64,000 nt of DNA from Bacillales bacterium (GCA_029256085.1 JAQSYP010000003.1:127193-191192); one strand, 5' to 3'. Shown: positions 30,123-40,423, counted from the first letter of the stretch. The notes: generated by a model not told the origin, from the letters alone. Made by a program: numbers and translations.

Positions 30123-31583
30123 ATGCAACATGAAAATATGAGACGATTGATATTTCTAACTGTTACTTTTGGTCTAGGATTAATGTTTTTGCCAACATTA
30201 AGTTTTGTTTTAGGTCAAGGTCCATCAATTTATGATTCACTATTGCTTGTCTTTACTGGAGGAGTTATAACAATAATTGCATTTATAATCCTGTCCAAAA
30301 GATTTTATGGCTGGAATATTGAAAAAATTGTCATTTTAATTTTAATAATTTCTAACTTTATTGGTCCAGAAATCTTCAATGTAAATATAGGTATAAGAGT
30401 TTATTTATTTAGAGTAGTTTCCTTTTTTTTGGTTTGTATTCTGTTTTATAAGTATTTTTTAATGAAAAATAAGTTTGATATATCACAAATAAAAGAAAAG
30501 TATTTAGTAGGATTCTTCCTATTTTGGTTATCGTATGGAATTATTAGTAGTATATGGTCTTATTCACTGTTAGATCACTACGTAGAAATGAAATATATCA
30601 TATCGGGTGTTGTTCTAATTCTGCTAATTACATATTTTTTTAGAGAAGAGTATGACTATGTAGTATTATTAAATTTCTGGGTGCTTATTTCAATGTTGTT
30701 TATTATTCTTGGGTGCTGGTCCTACTTAACGGGACACCATTTACCAATTTCGAGGTATAACATAATTAAGAGTTTAAAGGATAATATCCCGACGGCAACT
30801 TTTGTAAACGAAAATGATTATGCTAGCTTTTTAAATATATCAGTGGGCATAATCTTAGGTTGTATCGGATATGTTAAAAATTCCCTTCATAAATTAAGTC
30901 TTTTAGTTTCAATTCCTTTAATTATACTAATTGTATATATTACAGATTCAAGATCGAACTTAATATCAATTATGCTAATAATACTTGTTTGGTTTTTAGT
31001 ATTCATGAATAAAAGAATTAGAAATTTAATATTAATTTTCTCGATAGTTTTAGTTCCTTTATCAATGCTAGTAACTTCCAAGGTATTTACACTAATTTCA
31101 ATGATTTTTGAAAAAATTGAAAGTATATTTGTACAAGAGAAAAGCGGACAATCTACAAGTATTAGGGTTAATTTATTGAAGAACTCTATCAATTTCGTTG
31201 AAGATTCAAAAGGTATGGGTGTTGGTGCTGGTAATGGAGAATTTTATATAAAATATTTTTCAAGTTTTGACACGAAAGGCACTTTGAGCTTGCATAACTT
31301 TTGGATGGAAATACTTGTGAATTATGGCTTGTTAATTTTTTTTGGGATCATACTAACCTACATTTATTTGTTAATTAGATTATATTATTTTTGGAATAAC
31401 TACCGTAAGAATGAGTTCCATAGATATATTTCCTCAAGTTTATTTTTAGCTTTGGTAGGATTTCCATTAGCTGTAATAAGTCCTAGCTCCTCATTGCCGC
31501 TAGGATATGTTTGGATGATTATGGCGTTTTCAGTAGGGTATATTAATTCTCAGCGAGTTAAGGAAAGGTTTGGTAAATTATGA
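30123..31583 (+). CDS. O-antigen ligase/polymerase-like membrane protein, TuaE-like
   Basis: 486-aa protein with more than 10 TM segments and a central periplasmic-type loop (DSRSNLISIM...). Its size and position between the flippase and a Wzz-like gene match TuaB-TuaE-TuaF. Confidence 0.65.
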   Translation: MQHENMRRLIFLTVTFGLGLMFLPTLSFVLGQGPSIYDSLLLVFTGGVITIIAFIILSKRFYGWNIEKIVILILIISNFIGPEIFNVNIGIRVYLFRVVSFFLVCILFYKYFLMKNKFDISQIKEKYLVGFFLFWLSYGIISSIWSYSLLDHYVEMKYIISGVVLILLITYFFREEYDYVVLLNFWVLISMLFIILGCWSYLTGHHLPISRYNIIKSLKDNIPTATFVNENDYASFLNISVGIILGCIGYVKNSLHKLSLLVSIPLIILIVYITDSRSNLISIMLIILVWFLVFMNKRIRNLILIFSIVLVPLSMLVTSKVFTLISMIFEKIESIFVQEKSGQSTSIRVNLLKNSINFVEDSKGMGVGAGNGEFYIKYFSSFDTKGTLSLHNFWMEILVNYGLLIFFGIILTYIYLLIRLYYFWNNYRKNEFHRYISSSLFLALVGFPLAVISPSSSLPLGYVWMIMAFSVGYINSQRVKERFGKL

Positions 31584-32248
31584 TTTCTTCACTAATACAG
31601 TCTATTTATAAGAGGTTTAGAAAACTGTTTATAGTATTATTAATACTACCTATTTTAGGTGCAGTAATTGGTTATTTTACTAGTAAGTCAATTAAGCCTA
31701 TCTATACTGCAAAAACTACTGTTATAACAGGTAACTTTGATAGGGAAAAATTATCTTCATTAGGTTATTTAAAGGGTTCGGTTTCATCGGGTAACTTTTT
31801 AAACGAGGCTATGAGGAAAAATGATATAAATGAAAGTGGTGATGTATTAAAAAACCAGATTACAATCTTAGATATATCACCTATTTCGGCTCAAATAACA
31901 TATAGCACCACTAATAGAGATTATCAAAAAATTATGAATGCAATAATTGACCAATATTTAGAGAAAAGTAATGAAGGTTATAACTTAAGGAAAGAATTAT
32001 TATCACAACAAATTAAGAAAATTGAAAATTCGGACTATCACCCTGATCAAGAAGCGGATATGCAGAGGTTAACATATGATTTGAAAGATAGAATAATTAG
32101 TTTAAGTGGAAATGAAACTACAGAAATATCATTCGGACAAATTGAAATAAGTGAGAAGAAGCGTACGATATTAGGTTTTTTAATTGGTACAATGGTATCA
32201 TTACTTATTCTAGTAATACCTGAGTTTTTTGTGATAAAACCAGAATGA
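31580..32248 (+). CDS. Wzz-like chain-length determinant, TuaF-like (no cognate tyrosine kinase adjacent)
   Basis: 222 aa with N- and C-terminal TM segments around a helical ectodomain. ATG overlaps the upstream stop (ATGA). Confidence 0.6.
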   Translation: MISSLIQSIYKRFRKLFIVLLILPILGAVIGYFTSKSIKPIYTAKTTVITGNFDREKLSSLGYLKGSVSSGNFLNEAMRKNDINESGDVLKNQITILDISPISAQITYSTTNRDYQKIMNAIIDQYLEKSNEGYNLRKELLSQQIKKIENSDYHPDQEADMQRLTYDLKDRIISLSGNETTEISFGQIEISEKKRTILGFLIGTMVSLLILVIPEFFVIKPE

Positions 32249-32258
32249 TTTATTAAAG

Positions 32259-32289
32259 CCGGATAAAAGGTTACTTTTATCCGGTTTTT
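32259..32289 (+). terminator. Intrinsic terminator
   Basis: 11-bp stem CCGGATAAAAG / CTTTTATCCGG, loop GTTA, then TTTTT. Confidence 0.8.
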
Positions 32290-32336
32290 AATTAAAAACT
32301 TAGGCAAGACTATATTTTATAATCCGGTAGTTCTTA

Positions 32337-32364
32337 TTGAAAATATAAGTAATTGTGTTAATAT
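32337..32364 (+). promoter_or_regulatory. Candidate sigma-A promoter for tagO
   Basis: TTGAAA, a 16-nt spacer, then TGtTAATAT (extended -10), about 60 nt upstream of the tagO ATG. Confidence 0.45.
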
Positions 32365-32426
32365 GATTAAGAAAGATTGAAGTTAAATAATGTATATTGT
32401 GTATATATAACAAGGGTGATAATCAG

Positions 32427-33491
32427 ATGAATCCAAATCTTGTTTTAACTTTTTTAGCACCATTTATTACAGTCCTTCTAGTAACTCCTCTAGTAATAAA
32501 ATTTGCGATTAAAATAGGTGCAACTGATAAACCAGACTATAGAAAAGTACATAAAAAAGCAATGCCAAGGTTAGGTGGCTTGGCTATATTTTTTGGAGTA
32601 ATTGTTGGTTTTTTCATTAGTGGAATGCATAATGAGCAAGTAACTGGTATAGTTGCAGGATTAATTGTAATAGTTTGCATAGGTATCGCCGATGATATTT
32701 TTCAATTGTCAGCAAAATGGAAATTTCTAGGCCAAATAATTGCTGCTGGAATGGTGGTTGGTAGCGGATTAATGATAAATGTATTGAAAATACCATTCAT
32801 AGGTGTTTTTGATCTTGGGATATTGTCATACCCGATTACAATCTTGTGGATTGTAGGAATAACTAATGCTATTAATCTTATTGATGGTTTAGACGGCCTA
32901 TCTGCAGGTGTATCATCTATAATCTTTGGAACAATTGCGATGTTAGCTTTTACTGATAGCAAGATTTTAATACTAACTATTGCGGTGATTGCTTTAGGTT
33001 CGACTTTAGGGTTTTTATACTATAATTTTCATCCAGCTAAAATCTTTATGGGTGATGTAGGTTCTTTACTCCTAGGTTATCTTATTTCAATAATATCTTT
33101 ACTAGGATTATTTAAAAGTGTTACATTATTCAGTTTTATTGTCCCTATTATCATTTTGGGTGTACCAATTTTAGATACACTGTTTGCTATTATTAGAAGA
33201 GTGGTTAATAAGCAACCAATTTCTGCTCCAGATAAATCTCATATACATCATAGGTTGTTAGCTATTGGGTTTTCCCATAGAGGAACAGTTTTGTTAATCT
33301 ACAGTATAAGCCTTCTTTTTAGTATGAGCGCAATAATTTTCTCAAGTTCAACTCTTTTAGGTTCAATAGTTATTATTGCCGCATTAATCATATTAATTGA
33401 GTTTATAGCTGAGATTATTGGCCTCGTTCATGATGAATATAAACCATTTATAACTATGTTTAGAAGAGTATTACGAAAAGAAGATAACTAG
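32427..33491 (+). CDS. tagO: Undecaprenyl-phosphate GlcNAc-1-phosphate transferase (MraY/WecA family)
   Basis: VHKKAMPRLGGLAIF, NAINLIDGLDGL and FMGDVGSLLLGY. Its position relative to the LCP gene, yvyE and degSU is as in B. subtilis. ATG at 32427 follows AAGGGTGA. Confidence 0.88.
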   Translation: MNPNLVLTFLAPFITVLLVTPLVIKFAIKIGATDKPDYRKVHKKAMPRLGGLAIFFGVIVGFFISGMHNEQVTGIVAGLIVIVCIGIADDIFQLSAKWKFLGQIIAAGMVVGSGLMINVLKIPFIGVFDLGILSYPITILWIVGITNAINLIDGLDGLSAGVSSIIFGTIAMLAFTDSKILILTIAVIALGSTLGFLYYNFHPAKIFMGDVGSLLLGYLISIISLLGLFKSVTLFSFIVPIIILGVPILDTLFAIIRRVVNKQPISAPDKSHIHHRLLAIGFSHRGTVLLIYSISLLFSMSAIIFSSSTLLGSIVIIAALIILIEFIAEIIGLVHDEYKPFITMFRRVLRKEDN

Positions 33492-33513
33492 GATTCCATC
33501 AGGAGTCCTTTTC
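33490..33513 (+). terminator. Weak intrinsic terminator after tagO
   Basis: Stem AGGATTCC / GGAGTCCT (one G-U pair), loop ATCA, then TTTT. Confidence 0.45.
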
Positions 33514-33662
33514 TATTTATGTATTTTTATCAAAAATCGCAAAAGAAACAAAATAATTTTTAATTTTTTGTGTTATAATATACATTGCGTAAAAATAATA
33601 AATACATGGATGAATATATAAATGAAAAATATATATAATGACCTATTCCAGGAGGATAAAGC

Positions 33663-34775
33663 ATGCAAAAAATTCCTATGCTTGATTTAAGTGAGCAATA
33701 TAATAATTTGCGTGAAGACATGCTTAGAGTAGTAGATGAAGTCATGGGTTCATCTAAGTTTATTTTAAGTGATAACGTTAAGAAGTTAGAAGAAGATATA
33801 GCAAAGTATAGTAATACAAACCATGGAATAGGTGTTGCGAATGGCTCAGATGCTATACATATTGCATTACAAGCTTCTGGTGTGGGACCAGGAGATGAAG
33901 TAATAACTACACCGTTCACATTTTTTGCAACTGGCGGTGCGATTGTAAGGACTGGAGCAAAACCAGTTTACGTTGACATTGATCCTGCAACATTTAATAT
34001 TGACCCTGCTAAAATTGAAGAAGCTATTACGGAAAATACAAAAGCTATTATTCCTGTCCATTTATATGGTCAAATGGCTGATATGGAAGCAATTATGAAA
34101 ATTGCTAATAAACATAACTTAGTAGTAATAGAAGATGCTGCTCAAGCTATTGGTGCTAGGATTAATGGAAAGGCCGTTGGAGAATTAGGAACAGCTGCTA
34201 CTTATAGTTTTTTCCCAACTAAAAACCTAGGTGCGTATGGTGATGGTGGAATGATTGTCTCAAATAATGATGAGGTTGCAGAGTTATGTAAGGTGATCCG
34301 TGTGCACGGGTCAAAACCAAAATACTTTCATCATGTTTTGGGATATAACAGTCGCCTAGACGAATTACAAGCAGCCATTCTTAATGTTAAATTTCCATAT
34401 TTAGATTCGTGGAGTGAAAAGCGTAGAGAGCATGCTGCAGTATATACAAAATTATTGAACCAAAAATTAGAAGGTAGCGTAAAAACTCCAGTGGAAATTG
34501 ATGGAAGATATCATGTTTTTCATCAATATACTATTAGGGTTGAAAAGAGAGATGAACTCCAAAAGTTTTTAGCAGAGAATGGCGTTTCTACAATGGTATA
34601 TTATCCACTTCCTCTTCATATGCAACCTGTATTTAAGGAATTAGGATATCAAGAAGGTGACATACCTGAGGCAGAAAAAGCGGCAAGGGAAGCTCTTTCA
34701 TTGCCAATGTTCCCAGAGTTAAAGGTTGAACAACAAGAGTATGTAGTTGAAATGATTGCTAAATTCTTTAAATAA
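33663..34775 (+). CDS. DegT/DnrJ/EryC1/StrS-family sugar aminotransferase (WbpE/PglE-like)
   Basis: GDEVITTPFTFFATG, IEDAAQAIGA and YSFFPTKNLGAYGDGG. Confidence 0.88.
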   Translation: MQKIPMLDLSEQYNNLREDMLRVVDEVMGSSKFILSDNVKKLEEDIAKYSNTNHGIGVANGSDAIHIALQASGVGPGDEVITTPFTFFATGGAIVRTGAKPVYVDIDPATFNIDPAKIEEAITENTKAIIPVHLYGQMADMEAIMKIANKHNLVVIEDAAQAIGARINGKAVGELGTAATYSFFPTKNLGAYGDGGMIVSNNDEVAELCKVIRVHGSKPKYFHHVLGYNSRLDELQAAILNVKFPYLDSWSEKRREHAAVYTKLLNQKLEGSVKTPVEIDGRYHVFHQYTIRVEKRDELQKFLAENGVSTMVYYPLPLHMQPVFKELGYQEGDIPEAEKAAREALSLPMFPELKVEQQEYVVEMIAKFFK

Positions 34776-34786
34776 AAAACGAACTT

Positions 34787-34820
34787 AAAACGTCCTGTTA
34801 GCCAATATAGGACGTTTTAT
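34787..34820 (+). terminator. Intrinsic terminator
   Basis: 10-bp stem AAAACGTCCT / AGGACGTTTT with a 12-nt loop and a T-rich tail. Confidence 0.65.
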
Positions 34821-34893
34821 ATGTATACATTTAAGCAATTAGATACTATTAAAACAAATTTTATCTATTAAATTTGACTTGGAGGATATATCA

Positions 34894-36207
34894 GTGACAA
34901 TCGTAAATAACCTTTTTAACAAAATAGAAAATAAAAATGCAGTTATCGGGGTAGTTGGACTAGGATATGTTGGACTACCATTAGCTGTAGAAAAAGCAAA
35001 AGCTGGTTTTAAAGTAATAGGTTTCGATGTACAACAAAGCCGTTGTGACCAAGTAAACCAAGGTATTAACTACATAGGTGATGTAGTAAACGAAGAATTA
35101 GTTGAATTAACTAAAGCGGGTAGAATTTTTGCTACAACTGACTACGCAATGATCCAAGAAGTTGATGCAGTTGCAATCTGTGTTCCAACACCATTAGATC
35201 ACCACCAACAGCCTGATACTTCATACGTTGAAAGTTCAGCTACTCAAATTGCGAAATACGCACATGAAGGTATGTTAGTTGTATTAGAATCTACAACTTA
35301 CCCAGGAACTACAGAAGAAATCGTAAAACCAGCTTTAGAGCAAAAAGGCTTCGTTGTTGGAGAAAACATTTTCGTTGCTTACTCTCCAGAGCGTGTCGAT
35401 CCAGGTAATGCTCACTTTAAAACGAAAAACACTCCTAAAGTTGTTGGTGGAATTACACCTAACTGTACTAAGGTTGCTGCAGCTCTATACAGAAACGTAC
35501 TTGAAGGTGATGTACATGAAGTATCAAGTCCAGCAGTAGCTGAAATGGAGAAAATTTTCGAAAACACATTCCGTCATATAAATATAGCATTAGCTAATGA
35601 AATGGCTATCTTATGCGAAAAGATGGGAATCGATGTTTGGGAAGTTATCGACGCAGCAAAATCTAAACCATACGGATTTATGGCGTTCTATCCAGGACCA
35701 GGTCTTGGTGGACACTGTATTCCAATCGACCCATTCTACTTAACTTGGAAAGCACGTGAATATAACTACCATACTCGTTTAATCGAGTTAGCTGGTGAAA
35801 TAAATAACTCAATGCCAGAATTCGTTGTAAATAGAACAATGAACTTATTAAATGAAGATGGCAAGGCACTTAGAGGTTCAAAAGTAGTACTTCTTGGTGT
35901 TGCATATAAGAAAGACATTGACGACTACCGTGAATCACCAGTACTTGAGATTATTAAACTTCTGAAAAAGCAAGGTGCAGATTTCGCTGTTGTTGATCCG
36001 TGGGTTCCAAGTTTCAGAGTGCAAGGTGAAACTATTGAATCAGTTCCAATGACAGAACAATTATTACAAGGGGCTGATATCGTTATCGTTACAACAGACC
36101 ATTCTGATTTCGACTACCAAATGATTGCTAACAACAGTAAATCAATTTTCGATACGAGAAATGCACTTAAGAATGTAGAAAAGCCGAACAGATACACTAA
36201 ACTGTAA
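34894..36207 (+). CDS. UDP-N-acetyl-D-hexosamine 6-dehydrogenase (WbpA / WecC / CapO family)
   Basis: VVGLGYVGLPLA and the catalytic GPGLGGHCIPIDP. GTG at 34894 lies 8 nt after GGAGG. Confidence 0.85.
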   Translation: MTIVNNLFNKIENKNAVIGVVGLGYVGLPLAVEKAKAGFKVIGFDVQQSRCDQVNQGINYIGDVVNEELVELTKAGRIFATTDYAMIQEVDAVAICVPTPLDHHQQPDTSYVESSATQIAKYAHEGMLVVLESTTYPGTTEEIVKPALEQKGFVVGENIFVAYSPERVDPGNAHFKTKNTPKVVGGITPNCTKVAAALYRNVLEGDVHEVSSPAVAEMEKIFENTFRHINIALANEMAILCEKMGIDVWEVIDAAKSKPYGFMAFYPGPGLGGHCIPIDPFYLTWKAREYNYHTRLIELAGEINNSMPEFVVNRTMNLLNEDGKALRGSKVVLLGVAYKKDIDDYRESPVLEIIKLLKKQGADFAVVDPWVPSFRVQGETIESVPMTEQLLQGADIVIVTTDHSDFDYQMIANNSKSIFDTRNALKNVEKPNRYTKL

Positions 36208-36217
36208 GAGGTGTAAC

Positions 36218-36952
36218 ATGACAAATATTATAGATAACACTGCTGTATTAGGGGAGAATGTCCAAGTTGGATATTTCACAGTTATTGAAAAAGACGTAAA
36301 AATTGGTAACAACGTAGTAATAGGTAATAGAGTAACTATTCATGAAGGAACCGAAATTGGTGATGACACTACTATTGCTGATGGTTCAGTTTTAGGTAAA
36401 TCACCAAAGCCTGCAAAGACTAGTACAGTTAAGCTTTCGGATAACATTCCAGCATTAAAGCTAGGCTCAGATGTAACTATTGGCTGTAACGCAGTTATAT
36501 ATAGAGGGGCAGTTATTGGAGATAATACACTAATTGCTGATTTAGCGAGTGTTAGAGAGAATGTAGTAATAGGAAATTATGTAATTGTTGGGCGCGGTGT
36601 AACTGTAGAAAACTTTGTTAATATTGGTGATAGAACAAAGATTCAATCGAATAGCTATATTACTGCTTATACAACTTTAGAGGACCATGTATTTATAGCT
36701 CCTTGTGTCACAACTACTAATGATAACTTCATGGGTAGAACTGAAGAGCGTTTTGATAAAATCAAAGGCGCAATAGTTAAGAAAGGTGCTAGAGTTGGTG
36801 GTGCTTCAATAATATTACCTGGGATTGTTGTTGCGGAAGAAACCTTTATCGCAGCTGGTGCCCTAGTAACTAAAAATACTGAACCAAAAACAGTAATTAA
36901 AGGAGTGCCTGCAAAATTCAGCAAAAATGTTGAAGAGCGGGAGTTGTTATAA
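36218..36952 (+). CDS. Left-handed beta-helix (hexapeptide repeat) N-acetyltransferase, WbpD/LpxA-like
   Basis: Continuous hexapeptide periodicity (IGNNVVIGNRVTI..., IGDNTLIADLASV..., IGNYVIVGRGVTV...). Confidence 0.75.
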   Translation: MTNIIDNTAVLGENVQVGYFTVIEKDVKIGNNVVIGNRVTIHEGTEIGDDTTIADGSVLGKSPKPAKTSTVKLSDNIPALKLGSDVTIGCNAVIYRGAVIGDNTLIADLASVRENVVIGNYVIVGRGVTVENFVNIGDRTKIQSNSYITAYTTLEDHVFIAPCVTTTNDNFMGRTEERFDKIKGAIVKKGARVGGASIILPGIVVAEETFIAAGALVTKNTEPKTVIKGVPAKFSKNVEERELL

Positions 36953-37019
36953 GTGCTAGCTCAAGTTAAAAGACTAGGAGGGGATTCCCTCCTTTATTAT
37001 ATAGTGGGGTGGAATAAAG

Positions 37020-38075
37020 ATGAAAATATTAACTATATTAGGTGCTAGACCCCAATTTATAAAGGCGGCACCTGTATCACGTGAATTAAGAAAAAATCAT
37101 ACTGAATTAATAGTTCATACTGGTCAACATTATGATCCGAATATGTCTGATATCTTTTTTGAGGAATTAAATATTCCCAAGCCAGATTACCATTTAGGAG
37201 TTGGTTCAGCTAACCATGGAAAGCAAACAGGCGAGATGTTAGCTCAAATAGAGACAATTATTTTAGACGAGAAGCCAGATTATGTACTAGTGTATGGAGA
37301 TACAAATTCAACTTTGGCAGGATCCCTAGCAGCAGCGAAATTACACGTTCCTGTTATTCATATTGAAGCTGGGTTAAGAAGCTTTAATAAGAAAATGCCT
37401 GAAGAAGTAAATAGAATTCTAACAGACCATATATCAGAATTTTTATTCTGCCCAACAGATACTGCTATAAATAACCTTCACAATGAAAATATTACACGTA
37501 ATGTAATTAATGTTGGGGATGTAATGTATGATGCAGTTGTTTATAACAAAAAATTAGCAATGGAGAAATCTAAAGCTATAGAAGAAAATAACTTAACAGA
37601 AAAAGACTACTATCTAATTACGATTCATAGAGCTGAAAATACAGATGATGATACAAGAATGAACAATATTCTTGAATCGTTTAAGCAGATTAACGGAATT
37701 AAAGTATGGCCGATTCACCCTAGAACTAAGAATATGTTACTTAATAAGGGTGTAGATTTATCAGTAATACCTGGATTAAAAGTAATTGAGCCAGTTGGAT
37801 ATTTAGACATGCTAGCACTTGAGAACGGTGCAAAGAAAATTATTACTGATTCAGGTGGAGTACAAAAGGAAGCGTACTTTATGAAGGTTCCATGTGTTAC
37901 AGTTAGAGATCAAACGGAATGGGTAGAAACATTAGAAGGTAATGCAAATATCCTTGTTGGAACAGATGTAAACAAGATTATAGAAGCTGTAAATATGGAA
38001 GTGAACCCTATATATAAAGAATTATTCGGTGATGGTTTCTCCGCAAGAAAGATTGTTCAAATAGTTACTAACTAG
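37020..38075 (+). CDS. UDP-N-acetylglucosamine 2-epimerase (non-hydrolysing), WecB/MnaA/WbpI type
   Basis: LGARPQFIKAAPV, HIEAGLRSFN and HRAENTDD. Confidence 0.88.
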   Translation: MKILTILGARPQFIKAAPVSRELRKNHTELIVHTGQHYDPNMSDIFFEELNIPKPDYHLGVGSANHGKQTGEMLAQIETIILDEKPDYVLVYGDTNSTLAGSLAAAKLHVPVIHIEAGLRSFNKKMPEEVNRILTDHISEFLFCPTDTAINNLHNENITRNVINVGDVMYDAVVYNKKLAMEKSKAIEENNLTEKDYYLITIHRAENTDDDTRMNNILESFKQINGIKVWPIHPRTKNMLLNKGVDLSVIPGLKVIEPVGYLDMLALENGAKKIITDSGGVQKEAYFMKVPCVTVRDQTEWVETLEGNANILVGTDVNKIIEAVNMEVNPIYKELFGDGFSARKIVQIVTN

Positions 38076-38238
38076 TAAGAATTGTATATAGTGATCTAAT
38101 ATTAATGTATGATGCTTTCACAGATATATTAGAAGTTAGTACTATGGTAGTGTTAATCACACGAACGCATTTTTATTAATCTAATATATTAGGTAATAAT
38201 TACGGAATAACAAAACTGAATCTTAAGGTGCTAAGAAA

Positions 38239-39354
38239 GTGAAAAGAATTTTAATTTACTATCCATTTAAACTTGCAAAAGAAGCAAATAGCGGTTCAAA
38301 GCTGCGCCCATTGAAAATGATCGAAGCGTTTAAGCAATGGGGCCAATTAAATAGTGTAGAGGTAGTAATAATTTCTGGGACAAGCTCTGAGAGAAGTGAT
38401 GAATTCGGGAAGCTTCTTAAAGATGGTAAGCTTGAGAATTTATTATTTTGTTATGCAGAAAATCAGACTATACCACTTTGGTTAACAGACCCTGGCCATT
38501 TACCGAAAAATGCTACGATTGATTATAAAGTATTTAAGTATCTTAAAAGTAAAAATGTCCCATCTGGTATTTTTTACAGGGATGTTTATTGGAAGTTTGA
38601 TGAACTATATCCATTAAAAGGTACAAAGAAATTTATTATGAAAAAAATTTATTGGGTTGAAGAAAGATTCTATGAGAAGTTTCTCGATGTGATCTTTATA
38701 CCTAGTGATGCAATGGGAAGATTCGTTAACATAGATAGACCTAAAGTTAGCCTTCCACCAGGAGGCTACGATAAAAATATTGCTAGAATAGAAAAAAATA
38801 AAGAAGATTATAAGTTAAATGGAATCTATGTTGGTGGTATTTCTGGTGAGGATTACGGACTTAATCTTCTGCTAAATTCTATAGAAATAGCAAATCAGAA
38901 ACAAGAAAAAACGATAAAGTTAACTATAGTCTGTCGTGAAGAAGAACTTAAAAAGCAAAGTTCTGATTTAATCAATCGTTTAAAAATGCTAGATGTTGAT
39001 GTAAAACATGTTAATGGTGAAAAATTAGACAACCAATATGGAGAAATGGATTTAGCATTTATACCTAGACATAGAACTGAATATAATGATTTCTCGGTAC
39101 CGGTTAAATTAGTTGAATACTTATCAAGTGGATTGCCAGTAATTGCAACTAACTGTAGTGCTCAACAGGAAATCATTGAAAGTGGTTCATATGGTTTAAT
39201 TACAGAAGATAATCCGAGTTCCATTGCAGATGGTATTTTAGAAATAGTTAAAGATATTAATAGCTATAAAAATAATATAAATGAGACGTTCTTAGAAAAA
39301 CATTCTTGGCTATCAAGAGCTGAGAAGGTTAAAGACGTTTTATTAAAGGTCTGA
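38239..39354 (+). CDS. GT-B-fold glycosyltransferase
   Basis: C-terminal FSVPVKLVEYLSSGLPVIATNCSAQQEII. GTG start 8 nt after AAGGTG. Confidence 0.6.
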   Translation: MKRILIYYPFKLAKEANSGSKLRPLKMIEAFKQWGQLNSVEVVIISGTSSERSDEFGKLLKDGKLENLLFCYAENQTIPLWLTDPGHLPKNATIDYKVFKYLKSKNVPSGIFYRDVYWKFDELYPLKGTKKFIMKKIYWVEERFYEKFLDVIFIPSDAMGRFVNIDRPKVSLPPGGYDKNIARIEKNKEDYKLNGIYVGGISGEDYGLNLLLNSIEIANQKQEKTIKLTIVCREEELKKQSSDLINRLKMLDVDVKHVNGEKLDNQYGEMDLAFIPRHRTEYNDFSVPVKLVEYLSSGLPVIATNCSAQQEIIESGSYGLITEDNPSSIADGILEIVKDINSYKNNINETFLEKHSWLSRAEKVKDVLLKV

Positions 39355-39358
39355 GGTT

Positions 39359-40423
39359 ATGAAAGTCTTATTATTAGCACCAAGTAGATCAATACATACC
39401 CACAAATGGGCGATGTTTTATAAAAGTAAAGGTATAGATGTCAGGGTTGCAAGCTTTGAAAATCACTTTTCTGAGGAGAATTCCAAAGATGTAATGACGT
39501 ACAAGCTTTCTAAGAAGCTACCCGGTAAACTATCTTACTTAACTTCTGTTGGTGAACTAAAAACTATTTTAAAAGGATTTAAACCAGACATACTGCATGC
39601 TCATTATGCTTCAAGCTATGGCCTTGTTGGAGCCTTAACAAGATTTACACCTTATGTAATTTCAGTTTGGGGTTCAGATATATTTGAATTTCCAAGAAAG
39701 AATGTTATTAATAAACTTCTTTTAAAATTTTCTCTGTCTAAAGCTAACTTTGTTTGCTCAACTAGTGTATTTATGGCAAATGAAACAAAAAATTATACGA
39801 TTAAACAAATTGAAATTACACCATTCGGTGTTAATACTAATATTTTTAAAGTGTTGTCGCTACCTAAATCCAATGACGTTACTGTCTTTGGAGTTGTTAA
39901 ATCTTTAAGTGATCGGTATGGGTTTTCTGACTTGTTTAAGGCGTTTTCAATACTGAGCATAGAATATGAAAATATAGAACTAGTAGTTGTTGGTGACGGT
40001 GAATGTCGTGAAAAGTATGAAAATCAAATTCAAAATTTAGGTATTCAAGACAAAGTCAGAATGATTGGACGAGTTCAAAATGAAGATGTCCCAAAATACT
40101 TAAATGAAATGGATATATTTGTACTTCCTTCAATTGAAGATAGTTTTGGAGTAGCAGCAGTTGAGGCTATGGCATGTGGTACACCAGTTATAGTGTCTGA
40201 CGCAGGTGGACTTCAGGAAGTAGTTATCGAAGGTGAAACAGGATATATTGTTCCTATGAAAAATCCAGAAAAGCTTGCTTTAGCTATGGAGAAGTTATTG
40301 CTTGATAAAGATCTACAGTTGAAATTTAGTACAAATGGTGTTCAACATGTAATTGAAAACTACGATTGGAAAGAAAATGCTAATAGAATGTTAGGATTTT
40401 ATAAAAAGCATTTTAATATATAA
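39359..40423 (+). CDS. Glycosyltransferase family 4
   Basis: FVLPSIEDSFGVAAVEAMACGTPVIVSDAGGLQEVV. Confidence 0.8.
   Translation: MKVLLLAPSRSIHTHKWAMFYKSKGIDVRVASFENHFSEENSKDVMTYKLSKKLPGKLSYLTSVGELKTILKGFKPDILHAHYASSYGLVGALTRFTPYVISVWGSDIFEFPRKNVINKLLLKFSLSKANFVCSTSVFMANETKNYTIKQIEITPFGVNTNIFKVLSLPKSNDVTVFGVVKSLSDRYGFSDLFKAFSILSIEYENIELVVVGDGECREKYENQIQNLGIQDKVRMIGRVQNEDVPKYLNEMDIFVLPSIEDSFGVAAVEAMACGTPVIVSDAGGLQEVVIEGETGYIVPMKNPEKLALAMEKLLLDKDLQLKFSTNGVQHVIENYDWKENANRMLGFYKKHFNI

Noticed and set aside
38181-38192. 12-bp perfect palindrome CTAATATATTAG in the 163-nt gap before the GT gene at 38239 (possible operator)
   Set aside because: It is purely A/T-rich apart from its ends. This is expected by chance in DNA of this composition, and there is no second half-site or nearby regulator gene.
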